Positions 38,191 through 50,631 of a DNA stretch of 64,000 bases are shown here, one piece after another. Position 1 is the first letter of the stretch; every line of letters starts with the position of its first letter. The notes beneath the pieces were generated by a model. That model saw only the letters and a program-made list of their open reading frames with translations, did no database searches and was not told the DNA's origin. The position numbers and the translations under genes were made by a program. The stretch is from Gekko japonicus (Eukaryota): NCBI RefSeq assembly GCF_001447785.1, contig NW_015172148.1, forward strand, positions 1-64,000, read 5' to 3'.

Positions 38191-39020
38191 TAGCCACTGA
38201 TGGACCTCTGCTCCATATGTTTATCTCCATGTCCATGAAGCTGTCCATGCTTGTAGCTGCCACCACCTCCTGTGGCAGTGAATTCCAAGTGTTAATTGTT
38301 CTTTGGGTGAAGAAGTATTTCCTTTTATCTGTTCTAACCCGAATGCTCAGCAATTTCATTGAGTGCCCACGAGTTCTTGTATTGTGAGAAAGGGAGAAAA
38401 GTACCTCTTTCTCTACCTGCTCTATCCCATGCATAATCTTATAAACCTTGATCATATCACCCCTCAGTCGTCGTTTCTCCAAGCTAAAGAGCCCTAAGCG
38501 CTTTAACCTTTCCTCATAGGGAAAGTGTTCCAACCCTTTTATCATTCGAGTTGCCCTTTTCTGCACTTTTTCCAAAGCTATAATATCCTTTTTAAGGTGT
38601 GGTGCCCAGAACTGCACACAGTATTCCAAATGAGGTCGCACCATTGATTTATATAATTTATTTTATTTATTTATTATGGGATTTGTATCCCGCCCTACCC
38701 ATATAAGGGCATTATGATATGGCTGATCTGTTTTCAATACCCTTCCTAATAATCCCCAGCATAGCATTGGCCTTCTTTATTGCAGTCACACACTGTCTCG
38801 ACATTTTCAGTGAGTTATCCACTACAACTCCAAGATCTCTCTCTTGATCAGTCTCTGCCAGTTCAGACCCCATCAATGTGTATTTATATTTAGGATTTTT
38901 GGCTCCAATGTGCATCACCTTGCACTTGGCCACATTGAACCCCATTTGCCATGTTGACGCCCACTCGCCCATCCTCGACAGATCCCTTTGGAGTGCCTCA
39001 CAATCCTCCCTGGTTCTCAC
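38191..39020 (-). mobile_element. CR1 LINE body; its 3' end continues at 34283-34461 and 30499-30521, split by two LTR elements
   Basis: [26 protein letters not shown]; (cataagaa)n tail near 30498. Confidence 0.9.
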
Positions 39021-40197
39021 CTAGACTTGCCAAGCCCCCGTTGAGGGTGGGGGAACCCCCGCTTTAAAAAACCCTTATCCACTTTTTTTGAAATTTGGCC
39101 CCAGGGGACAAAATGGCGGCTGGAAAAGTGGTGCTCTAGCATTTAAGTCCTCCAAGTCTCTATGGCTATGAAAGTGCAGGTCTGGTCTCCACCGGCTGGA
39201 GGAGTGAGCTCCGCCCCAGCAGCTTCCTAAGTACACGCCCAGCTTCCAGAAGCCCCTTGCTCTCTTGATCAGGTGGCATGGTGGGCATCTGTTGCTTCTT
39301 TGGTGCTGCCGCCATGCATCCCAATCCCTCTGAGCCTCAGAGGCAGTTGCCTGGCCTTGCAGAGAGTCACACACAGTTCCTTGAAGCCCACCCAGCCAAC
39401 AGTGAAGTGTCTGGGAGGGAGGGTAAGGTTTGGGCATACTGTGGTGGGTTTTGTTCCACTTGGGCTGCTGGGGTGGGCGGTGGGCCCTTGCTGAGCTTTG
39501 AGAAACTGCCTTTTTGTTGCCTTCAAAGGCTGGAGGAGAACTTGCCTCCTGCAACATCAATGCCAGAACTTTTAGGTGGGGAAGGCTGGTCTGGCAGTCA
39601 AAGGGAACCCAGGTGAGAGGGAGGAGGGGGGAAGAGGGAAGGAAGAACCGCAAGGAGTCCCACTCAGCGGCACCTTCCTGGCTTGATGAAGACACAGCCT
39701 AGTACTCTGCTGCTCGCTGGAAGGAGGGCAGCAGCAGCACCGGTTCTGGCTGGCTGGCTGGCTGGCTCCCTCGTGGAGGTAAACGACCCCGAGTGTCTCT
39801 CTCCCTCTCTCCCCCCCTCTGGGATTCTGCCTTCCTCACCCGGCCTGACACTCGAAACGGGATCCTCACGGCCCTCTCCCAGATCCAGGGGACTGAGCCT
39901 GATGCTCAGGCGCACTCCTCTCTCGCTCTCTCCTTTGTGAGGGGAAGCAGCACTAATCGCACAGCCCAGCAGCTGCTTTGGGTTTCTACCTGCTCCTGTC
40001 TTTCTGGCCACTCTGCAGACCGAAAGGAAGTGGCTGCTGGCTGGGAGCTGAATAGCAGCGGGGGAGGGGGGGGCTGCCCATCACAAACTACTCCCAACTG
40101 AACAACTGCATTCCACCACACTGCCACGGAGCTCTTCATTCTCACTAAGCCCAGAATGCTCCAAGCTGCTCAAGTGGGGTTCCTCCACAGACAAAGA

Positions 40198-40643
40198 GGA
40201 TGTACTAAAAGGAAGGACAGGATTGCCCACTGGAAACAATGGGAGAGTCTTGAAGGCCCATTGGAAATAATGGGAGCCAGGAATACCAATTGACTTGCAT
40301 AGGCTCCATTGAAATACATTACAGCTCAGGAAGAGTTGCAAAGAAAATGCGGAATGGATTTTCCATTAAGGTCTGTGGTCCGAAATACACTGCTCTGCCA
40401 CCCCCAGGGACTGTCATTCCACTGTGGGGCCTGTCATTCCAGTCCCAGAGCAGTGCATTTGGGACCAGAGACCTTAATGGAGAATCCATTCCACATTATC
40501 TTTGCAACTCTTCTTGAGCTGTAATGTATTTGAATGGAGCCCATGCAAGTCAATTGGCATTCCTAGCTCCATTATTTCCAACGGCCTTCAAGTCTCTCCC
40601 ATTGTTTACAGTGGGCAATCCTGTTCTTCCTTTTAGTACATCC
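40198..40643. repeat. Long inverted repeat (arms about 200 bp, spacer about 50 bp)
   Basis: 40198-40397 is the reverse complement of 40446-40643 with scattered mismatches. Confidence 0.9.
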
Positions 40644-41679
40644 CGATGACGACGATGATGATAAAAAGTTGGCAAGCCCGTGTGCGCACTTTCCTAGGCA
40701 TCACCACCACCTGGGGTACGGACACATGGTTAATGTTTGGGGGGAATGGGCTTAGGAAAGCGGATTGGCAGACTGGAAGTGGAACCTCTGTGGCGCTTCC
40801 CTTTGAGGTGCTCCTTCCCTAAACTCCGAGCTGCTATGGCTAATAGCAAGACTGAGTTTTCACCGCTCCCGGCTGTGCAAACGGCTTTTCCCTGTTCAGG
40901 GTTTGCAAACAACACCAAGAGGGTTCCCTCAAGTGAAACAGAAAGAAAAATCCACACCCATTTTCAGGCAGGATTTTTGCAGGGCATTGCTGGTTTCCAG
41001 ACACCTCCACAGTGGAGCTTCTTTGCTCCTTTCGAGGATGGTGACCTCCTTTGCCAACTTGCTGTGAGAGCCAACACAATGGGCAGTTGCATGTTTTCAG
41101 ATTAATGAGAGGTGCACTCCCAGCTCCTCAAAGGCTTGAACCTTCAGGGCACCGTGCTTGCACAGATGTTGGTTGGCTGCCTTAAAACAAAATCTGCATG
41201 CACAGGTACTCTCTGAAGAGCCTGTGCAACTGAGCAAAGTGCTTTGTACTGGCTATCTTTAAAGCAGAAATTCCCAGACTGAGTTGTCCAAAATTCACTC
41301 ACTTTTGAAAACCACTTAATCCAGTTTGTGTATTATATAACATCTATTATGCTTGTCAAGGTTGATGATTGGACCTTTAGATCCAACCAGTGTACCCTCT
41401 AAACTGAGTTAGTGTGAGCTAGTTCATTGGTTTTTTAGCCACCGGCTCACACAGGAAGAATGGCTTCAGCCTCCAGAGCAAACTAATTGATGCAGTGGCC
41501 AAATTGCTCGCTCACAACTTTAATGCCAGCAGCTCACCAAGTAGAATTTTTGCTCACAAGACTCCACAGCTTAGAGGGAGCACCTTCTTTGTGTGGTCTG
41601 GCGAGCAAAGTGTTGCAGTAACTGCATAATCCTGATCTTACTAATTGTCTAAAGTATGAATTTTTGAAACACCCTTTAA

Positions 41680-42270
41680 TGATTCCTTGTTTTAAGAGTG
41701 TGTGTGTGCCTTTAAATGCTTGGTTGAAGTGTGATAATAGCAGAGTAGAATGATTGAGAGATAAGTGTGCTGTGATTGGTGGATGACAGAGTGTGGGAGG
41801 GGTTTTTGATGTGAATCTGTGTGGGTGTGTCAGTGTGTCAGTTATGAAGGAGTTATGAAAGTCAGTTGGAATTGTTCAGTTGGTGTTCAGTCAGTGAGGG
41901 TTATTATAGTTCTGTGTGAGATCTCAAAGAGAGCAGTATATATGTTCTTGGCCTGAGTGGCTTACTCTAAAGGAAAGAGGGAATCCTATTAATGTTGGAA
42001 CTGAATGTCAAAGAAACAAAAGTAAAGGGAAAAAAGGCTATGTGTGTGATACATTTGAACAACATATTTACAAGTCCCTTTATCCTAAACAGTTACAGAA
42101 TAACCAACCTCATATTTTGTTCTTAGTTCAATAAATCATCTTTTGTTTAAGTTACCCCAGAATTGAATTCAATCCTTCCTCAAGACCACATAGATCCCTG
42201 AAAAGCCCCGACTCTTGGTCACCTTACCAGAAAAAGGAGGGTTTGGAAATCCTTAATTTCCTGGTGGCAG
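41680..42270 (+). mobile_element. LTR-like repeat, same family as 55583-56011
   Basis: Shared start (..gattccttg..tttaaa..ttggttg); AATAAA near 42130; partial tRNA-Leu-like PBS tggtggcagc near 42262. Confidence 0.5.
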
Positions 42271-42427
42271 CTGAATCTACCCCGTTTTCAAAAGCAAAGA
42301 GCACATTTAAAGGGAAAACCAGTCCTCCCAAAAGAGAGGACGCCACACACTCACTCTCCCAGGTTTCTGCAAATGATGCAAAACTGAAGTATTGAAGAGG
42401 GTTTTTCTACACAGGCAATAGGGTTCC

Positions 42428-45400
42428 TGAAAAGTACTCAGAAACGTGGAGTGATTTCAGCAAGAGTACTTTATTTAGTGAAGAACAAGACAAGGATTCC
42501 CGGCACGCAGGCCGGTATATATGTCCAGAGACCCACCACCAGAACACACCCCCTAGTGACCCTATAGGTTATTTACAGTGGCCGAGAGTCCCATTGGCTC
42601 TCGGCCGCGGACCTGGCCCTCTGGTTGGGTGCGGGCTAGGATCCGCTCCGCTATTGTTCTGTAGGTACGAAGCTATGGGCTTGTGCTTGACCGCATGGCC
42701 CAACGGTCGCGCACGTGGTAATGGCGGATACATTACACCCCTCCCCCCATAGTCCAGACTATCCACACACGAAGTCCTGGAGGTACGTTGGGGGTTTCCG
42801 AGTCCTTGTGGAGCGGCGCGGCTCCGGAGCGCCGGCCGGATTCATCTCGGGAGCCCGGGGCGGAGAGGTTGGTTGTGGCATTGGTGGGGGCTGCTCAGGA
42901 GGCTCCGGATTGGCCTGGCCGGTAACCGCGTATGGGCGCTCCAGGTCCACGGGATCGTCCGAGAGGACCCGGCGCCGCAGCTGGTCGATGTGGCGGTGGA
43001 GCAGTTGACCATCCTCACAGGATACCTCGTATGATCGAGGCCCTCGCACCCGTACCACACGCGCTGGGATCCAGGGCGGGCCCTGGGCATAGTTCTTTGC
43101 GTAAACTGGGTCTTCCGGGAAGAACCCCCTGGCGGCAGCGTGTGATTCCGTCGTCGGCTCCACCTCGGGTGCCCTGTCTGGGTGCAGGCGATCCAGCCGG
43201 GATGTTAGGCGACGACTCATCAAGAGTTCCGCCGGACTGAGGCCCGTCTCAGTGTGCGGGGTTGTATGTTGGCCGAACAGGAACACCGCCAGCTTGTAGT
43301 CCCAGTCCTTGCCGTCGAACTTCCGCAGGGCTTCCTTGGTCGTGCGCACCATCCGCTCCGCCTGGCTGTTGGTTGCTGGGTGAAAGGGCGCTGATCGGAC
43401 GTGGCGAATTCCGCAGTACCTTGTGAAGTCCTGGAACTCGCTGGAGGTGAAGGCCGTACCGTTATCGGTTACCAGGGTATCCGGGAGGCCGTGAGAGCTG
43501 AAAATGTGTCTCATCGCCTTGATGGCCGCCTTGGAGGTGGATGGCACCGGCACTACTTCCAGCCATTTGCTGTACGCATCCACTAGGATAAAAAAGATTT
43601 GTCCCTGGAAGGGCCCCGCGAAATCCAGGTGCAGGCGTGACCAGGGTTTGTGGGAGGATTCCCAAGCCCTTTCCGGTGCCCGGGGCGGGGACGGCCGAAA
43701 AGCCTGACAGGGTTGGCAGAGCTTTACCTGCTTCTCGATGTCCTGGTCCAGCCCTGGCCACCACACGTAGCTCCGCGCCAGTGCTTTCATCCTCACCACG
43801 CCCGGGTGTGCCTCGTGTAGTGCTTCCAGCACCCGGTCTCGTAGGGGCGGAGGGATCACCACCCGGCCTCCCCACATCACGCAACCCTTGTGAGTCGATA
43901 GTTCATCTTTGCGGTTTGCGTAGGCCGTGAATTCAGGCCCTGCCGTGACCACCGGCCACCCCCTTCTCACCCAGTCCAGGACGCGGCAAAGGGTTGGGTC
44001 ACGGGCCGTGCGACGGGCCACTTCCTTCACGTGGACAGGTTGGTCTGGGAGGGTCTCCAGAAGGGCGATCTGATAAGCTGGGGCCGGGTCTGGTTCCGTC
44101 GAAGGCAGGGGCAGGTGGCTCAGGGCGTCGGCGTGTCCCATCGCCTTCCCGGGATGGTGGACGAGTGAATAGGTGTACCCGGCCAGGAACACGGACCAAC
44201 GGATCACCCTCGGCGAGGTCATCTGGGGGGTCTGGCGGTCCGGGGCAAGTAGACCCAAGAGAGGCTTATGGTCCGTAAGGACCGTGAAAGGCCGGCCGTA
44301 GAGGTAATGGTGAAATTTTTTCACCCCGGCTACGATCGCAAGAGCCTCTTTATCAATCTGCGCGTAATTGCGCTCCGCTGATGACAGAGTACGGGAGTAA
44401 TAAGCCACGGGGACTTCCCGACCGTCAGCCAGCTTGTGCCCCAGGACTGCCCCGACCCCATACGGAGAGGTGTCGCAGGCCAGCACCACCGGCAGGTCCT
44501 CGTTGAAGTGAGCGAGGACCGAGTTGGATGTGAGGAGATCCTTGACCGCCTGGAACGCCGCCTGTTGAGCTGGGCCCCAGACCCACAGCACGTCCTTGTC
44601 GAGGAGCCGGTGGAGGGACTCCGCTACCGCTGCTTTGAGGGGAAGAAAAGAGTGGTAGAAATTAAGGAGGCCTAGGAAGGCCTGCAGTTCAGTCTTTGAG
44701 GAGGGGGCTGGAGCGTTCGAGATCGCCACCGTCTTTTCCGTCGTCGGGTGGATGCCTTGTGCGTCGACCTCGAACCCGAGGAACTCCACCTTGTGAACGC
44801 CGAGCTGACATTTTTCGCGCTTCACTTTTAGCCCTGCGTGATCGAAGCGTTGCAGGACTGCGCGGAGACGGTCGGTAAAGGACGCGGCATCGGGGGCGGC
44901 GATCAGGACGTCATCTAAAAAGGGTTGGACTCCAGGGATCCCTTTGAGGAGAGAGTCCATGAAAGATTGGAAAATCCCCGGGGCCACCGAAACCCCGAAC
45001 TGGAGGCGGTGGACCCTGAAAGCCCCCCTGTGTGTGGCGATCGTCTGAGCTTCTGCGGTGGCGGCGTCCACCAGCAGCTGCTGGTAGGCTTGCGCCAAGT
45101 CCAGCTTCCCAAAAATGCGAGCCCCCGCGAGTGCTGCCAACACATGGCTGACCACCGGTACTGGGTACGCGTGGTCCTGCAGTGCTTTGTTTAACGTGCA
45201 GTTGTAGTCCGCACAAATCCGAACATCCCCGTTGGGCTTAACCGGGGTGACTATGGGCGTTTCCCAGCGTGCAGACGCCACCGGTTCCAGTACTCTTTGG
45301 GCCACTAGCTTATCGAGTTCCGCCTCTATTTTGGGCCTCATCGTTATAGGCGGGTTCCTGGCCTTGATCCATATGGGGCGGACTGTAGGGTCCAGGTCCA

Positions 45401-47253
45401 GGGAGATGGGGGCCCCTGTGAATTTGCCTAGGGACCCATCAAAAACCCGGGGAAATTCATTACACACCGCCATGAAGTCCACCTTTTGTAGTTGGTGGAT
45501 CCCCCCAATAGTCAATCCCAGGGGCTTGAACCACGACATACCCAGGAGGCTTGAAAGCCGGCCCCCCACCACCAATATGTCCAAATATCCGTTAAAATCC
45601 TGAAACTCCACCTTGAATTTGCCCCAGCCCCGTATAGCCACTGGATTCTTATTAAAATCCTGTAGTTTAAATTGTGGCTTTCGCAGAGGGGGCCCCCCTC
45701 CGGGACAGAGCCTCTGCAGGGTGTCCTCTGAAATTATAGTTAACTCGGAGCCGGTATCCAGCTCCATGCTACAGAGGGACCCCTCAATACGGACCGAAAC
45801 GTGGATTTTGTTTCGGCCGTCTCGGAGCATTTCACCTACCTGGGGCTGGGGCTTCTTGGAGACCGTGTGTAGGTCGATGGAGTGTAGGTCAACGGTGTGG
45901 ATGGGCTCAGTCAGATGTACCGGTCTCCTGCCTTGCTGGCGGCGGCCGCGGCAAACCTTGGCAATGTGTCCCTGTTTATTGCACGCCCGGCAGGTGGCGT
46001 CTCAGAAACGGCAGGTCCGGCGCTCATGCGCTTCTCCGCAGCTTGCACAATGTAGAGCGGGCTCCGAAGACCTCACCGGCTGGGCTCCTCTAGATCGATG
46101 CGATTGCGAGGGCTTGTGCTGGAGTTGTTGAACTTCATCCTCCTCCGAGTCGGCTGACTCTGCCTGGGATTGGGTGCGATGGACCTGGATGCGGTCGGGG
46201 TGTGCCGTTTCGTAGGCCGCTGCGGCCTTTAGGGCTTTGGCCACCGTAAGGTCGTCTTCCCTGATCAGGCGTCTTCTCAGCTTTGTATCCCGCAGACCCA
46301 CGAGGAACTGGGTCAACAATGTGTCCTCCAGGCTGGGGAACTCACATAGCGTGGCGGCCTGCCGAAGGTTGGCCAGGAAATCCGCTGCCTTCTCCCCCGG
46401 TGTTTGGACTTTTGCGCAAAAGTCCATGCGCGCAGCGTACTTGGTCGGTTTGGGAGCCAGATGGGCCGTGAGGGACTCGATGAGGGCGTCGAAGGTTTCC
46501 TCCTCGACCTCCTTGGGAGAAATCAGGCCCCGCAACAGCAGGAGGGTGTCCATGCCGCACAGGCGTATAAGGTGGGCCCTCTTTGTTTCCGCGTCGGTAA
46601 CCCTCAAGCATGTTAGGTAATTCTTCAGGATCATTACCCACGTGGTCCATCTCTCGGGGTGTGCCAAGTCGAAGGCCGCGATACCCTCGTGGAAGGTCCC
46701 AGCGGCGGCGGCGGCTCCCGAGGATGAGGCATTGGATGCAGTAGACATTCCGACGTTTGCGCTTGTTTGCTTTACACTTGTGAGCTCCGGGAGTTTGCGG
46801 AAAATGGCGCTTGTGGCAGAGTCGAGCGGGCTGCAAGGCGGCGTGGTGAAGGGCGAGTTGGTCGCGAAGTTCGGGTGGCGAGACGAGCGGTTTCCGTGCT
46901 CAGCGTTGGGGAAGCGTGGTGAACGGCGTGGCGCTACGTGGCCGAGGTTTGACGGAGCGAGGTGTTGAGCGATGGAGCGATGATCCCGGCGGCGGCAGGC
47001 GGCTGTGGTGGTGATCGGTGCTCGGTGCTGCAGGGTCTCCTCCGGGTCTCACCACCAGAACACACCCCCTAGTGACCCTATAGGTTATTTACAGTGGCCG
47101 AGAGTCCCATTGGCTCTCGGCCGCGGACCTGGCCCTCTGGTTGGGTGCGGGCTAGGATCCGCTCCGCTATTGTTCTGTAGGTACGAAGCTATGGGCTTGT
47201 GCTTGACCGCATGGCCCAACGGTCGCGCACGTGGTAATGGCGGATACATTACA
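42428..47253 (-). mobile_element. Very young Gypsy LTR element with near-intact gag-pol
   Basis: TSD gttcc; 3' LTR 42428-42737; 5' LTR remnant 47051-47253 identical to its counterpart. Confidence 0.95.
42759..46748 (-). CDS. Gypsy gag-pol polyprotein (Gag, protease LDTGS, RT FLDD, RNase H, integrase HHCC/DDE) with one in-frame TGA at 46002-46004
   Basis: ORFs 46002-46748 and 42759-45830 are in the same frame; the intervening frame reads CRF*DATCRACNKQGHIAKVC. Confidence 0.9.
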
Positions 47254-47619
47254 GTTCCACTGTAGAAAATGGTTTACAGAGTTCCGTGGATAAATGAGTA
47301 GGGACTGTCGTCTATACTGCTAACAGGTGACCTGCGATCCGACTGTCAGCTGCTCACTTTAAAGGGCAGCCAGCCATTTCAGGGCATCCTTTCGCTCCCC
47401 ACCCCCCCAAAAAAAAGCGAGAGGGAGGGAAGGGATGCTTCTGACTGCCTGTCTGTATTAGCCACAGTGCAGTGTACTGGAAAGACATCATCGAAAGGGG
47501 AAGCGACATCACTTGCCATTTGACCTGGAAGTGACATCACAGGAAGTGACATCACAAAAGTCTCCTGGCTCCACCCCCAAAGTCCTCAGATATTTCTGGA
47601 GTTGGACTTGGCAACCCTA

Positions 47620-47880
47620 TTCTCACCACCCTCAACAACTTCGTGTCATCTGCAAATGTAGCCACCACTGCTTACTCCCAATTCCAAATCATTAATAAAC
47701 AAGTTAAAAAGCATCAGACCGAGTACTGATCCTTGTGGTACCCCACTACTTACCACCCTCCACTGAGAAAATTGCTCATTTATATTCACTCTCTGTTTCC
47801 TATGAATTAGCCAGTTTTTGATACACAAAGGGACTTGTCCTTTTATCCTGTGACTATTGAGCTTACTTAGGAGCCTTTGA
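47620..47880 (-). mobile_element. CR1 RT fragment
   Basis: [21 protein letters not shown]. Confidence 0.85.
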
Positions 47881-48815
47881 TCCTAAACTTAGCTTACTTG
47901 CCAAACCACTCCCCACTCTGTTCCGAGGCCAGCAAAGGCCCAGGAGTGAGGCCTTGGCCATCACCAGCTCTGTTCACCAGCACATTTGAAGAGCTGGCAT
48001 CCTCCACTCTCCAGGAGTGCCGCATAACAAAGCTTTTATTGTACTGAGTTTTACAGTGGAAATGGATAATTACCAATTGGAGAGATTTCATTTTCAGCAT
48101 CAAATTTCAGCAAAATTCAACTGTGGCACTGTTCAGGGAATGGAAACACCAGCATAAATAGGAATTGACATTTTGGAATAGGAATTGGTATTTGTTTCTA
48201 CTCCAAAAGTTCAATTCATTTTCATTATTCTGTTACAGCCATTCTTGGTTCCAGGGCTTCAGTAGAAAGATTTGGATGTGATTTTTTTCCATCCAACATG
48301 GGTAACTTCAGCAATGGTACTTCCTCATCTAAAGGATCTTCTCAGCCACACTTCAGACAGACTGAAGAAAGGGTTACAGTTTAGACAAAATGTATGACCA
48401 CTAAAAGCAAAGTGCAGAGAAACTATGACCTCCCCCCCCTTGCTGCTTATTCCTATTTGTTTTTATTAACAAACATAACAGATGGGGTCCTTTGGGGGGG
48501 GTCCTTTTTTATTAATGTGGAAATAAATGCATATCCACAATGAAAACCCCCAAGAGCCAATGGGCTGTAGTAGTTAAGAGCGGCAGACTCTAATCTTGAT
48601 AACCAGGTTTGATTCCCCCCTCCTCCACATAAAGCCAGCTGGGTGACCTTGGGTCCGTCACAGCTCTTTCAGAGTTCTCTCACCCCCATCTACCACACAG
48701 GGTGTCTGTTGTTGGAAGAGGAAGGGAAGGTGATTGTATGCTACTTTGAGATTCCTTAAAGCAGAGAAAACTGAGGTATAAAAAACCAATTCTTCTTCTT
48801 TTTTGTTCCCTGCAG

Positions 48816-48965
48816 GCTGACTCGAAAAAGTTTTCAGTAACTACCGTATGCGCTGCCATATGCACTGCGGCCTTTTACGCCAATCCCATAGGCACTGTTG
48901 CTGTAGCTGGTAGCGCACTTCTGCTACATAATTTCTGGAGAAGAAGACAGCATGAACATGAGTGA
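48816..48965 (+). CDS. PLAAT last coding exon, copy a (ADSKKFSVTTVCAAICTAAFYANPIGTVAVAGSALLLHNFWRRRQHEHE*)
   Basis: Polypyrimidine tract plus tgcag acceptor, phase 0; hydrophobic segment then basic RRR and a stop, as in PLAAT membrane anchors; AATAAA at 49123. Confidence 0.75.
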   Translation, partial: ADSKKFSVTTVCAAICTAAFYANPIGTVAVAGSALLLHNFWRRRQHEHE

Positions 48966-49265
48966 CATCCACACCAAGAGGCAAACTAGGTCTTTAAGGC
49001 AGACACTGAACCAGAGGCTTCTGCAGGCAGATTCGTATCCTCGCTCATTCACCCCACCCCCACATTCTATAGCTTTGTCTTGTAATTGCAGCTTTCTAGC
49101 TAATAGTTCTTTGCAGTGCTGGAATAAAACCCCGAGAGGCATGCAGTGTCATCCCAAGCAGAGTGATACCCTTCTGATCAGTCCGTTGAAGCCAATGGGC
49201 ATAGAAAATAGTAGCTCTTCTATGGATGGAATTATTAATGTTTCAGCCCTCTTTCTGTAAGAATC

Positions 49266-49450
49266 CAGGGTTATTTTTGGGCAGGAACGCACAGGAACGG
49301 AGTTCCGGCTGGCTCCCAAGTTGGCCACGCCCAGCAGGAACTCATTAGCATAATAGGCCACACCCAACAGCAGAAACTCATTAGGATTGGCTACATTGGG
49401 GGTGTGTGGCCTAACATGCAAAGGAGTTTCTGCTACAAAAAAAGGCCCTG
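49266..49450. mobile_element. hAT-like MITE; inverted copy at about 61251-61436
   Basis: cagggttatttt / aaaaggccctg termini; ggccacacccc subrepeats. Confidence 0.6.
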
Positions 49451-50631
49451 GGTTTTGACAACAAACAAGGTAAACAGAATAACAAGCAAAAGGTGGAGAA
49501 TAACTTTATACCTTCACCCAAGGGACGATTCATATGTTACAAAGACATCTTCTAGAATTCCACGTCTCCCAGGTACACATCGGCCCAGTTTGGATAAACA
49601 CTATGGTGCTTGGAGAAAGGGCATAAGTTTTGACCCCGCATACCAGTTTCCCAAGTTGAAATAGACCTGGGGAGCCACTATACACCACCCCTGAGGAATT
49701 TGCTCATAAATGATCAGGGAATTGGGGGTGAGCAAAATAGTGGCAAAGTTTGTGGATGATACCAAATTATTGAGGTGGGTGACCAGGCAACAACATGACA
49801 AGTGGGGCTCAATACTGCTAAACATATGTCAGGAGAGAAGCCATCTTAGAGGAAAATTCCAGCTAAAGCTCTCATCTTCTGGCAATCTGACTTTTTGCAG
49901 GTGTCAGCCAATCCCCTGCCTGACTGATGGGTTACTTGTCAAAGTAATCTCAAGAGCCTGTTTATTAGTCCACACATTTCAGCATGAATCTGATATGGGA
50001 AGAGAGAGCTCACTCTCGCCCCAGAAAGTTCCATCGAGACAGCCCTGTAATTGGTTGAGAAGGTCAGGAGGTTATGGCCAGCAGTATCTATATTATGGAC
50101 TAAAGCAGAGAGAGAGAGTATATTCCCTTCCTATTCCCTTCCTATTCCCTTTCCTCCATCCACCACCATGTTGTTTGTTTGAAGGTACTTTGTGTAAGCT
50201 CTGGAACATCATGCTTCAGCTGTAGCAACCAGCAGTGCTGCCTTTAGCATAAATAGCACAGCTGTTAGCCTTCTGTTATTTTAGATGCATTATGACTCCA
50301 CTGAACTATATAACTTTTTTCTAAATTTCTTTAATGAAGCTTTTTAACTTCATTTTCATGTAAGTTACCAGGGAGTGACTTGAACTTACTTGTGTTTAAC
50401 TTTGGTTACAGTACCACACCAAAGCAAGGCTAGCTTTGACAACATCCATCTCGAAGGGTGGGATAAAAATGTTTAAAATAAATAAATGCAAGGAGACCCA
50501 CACTGAAACAAAGGATCACAACTTTAAATGTGTGCTCATGGGTCTGAACAAGTGGAGACCGAGAGGGAAAGTTAAAGCAGAGAAAACTGAGGTATAAAAA
50601 ACCAATTCTTCTTCTTTTTTGTTCCCTGCAG

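Noticed and set aside
46002-46004. Programmed gag-pol stop readthrough
   Set aside because: The stop lies between the two zinc knuckles, where related elements in the window have Arg; CpG decay is the simpler explanation
42715-47265. Many + strand ORFs over the Gypsy element
   Set aside because: Antisense shadows of a GC-rich coding sequence
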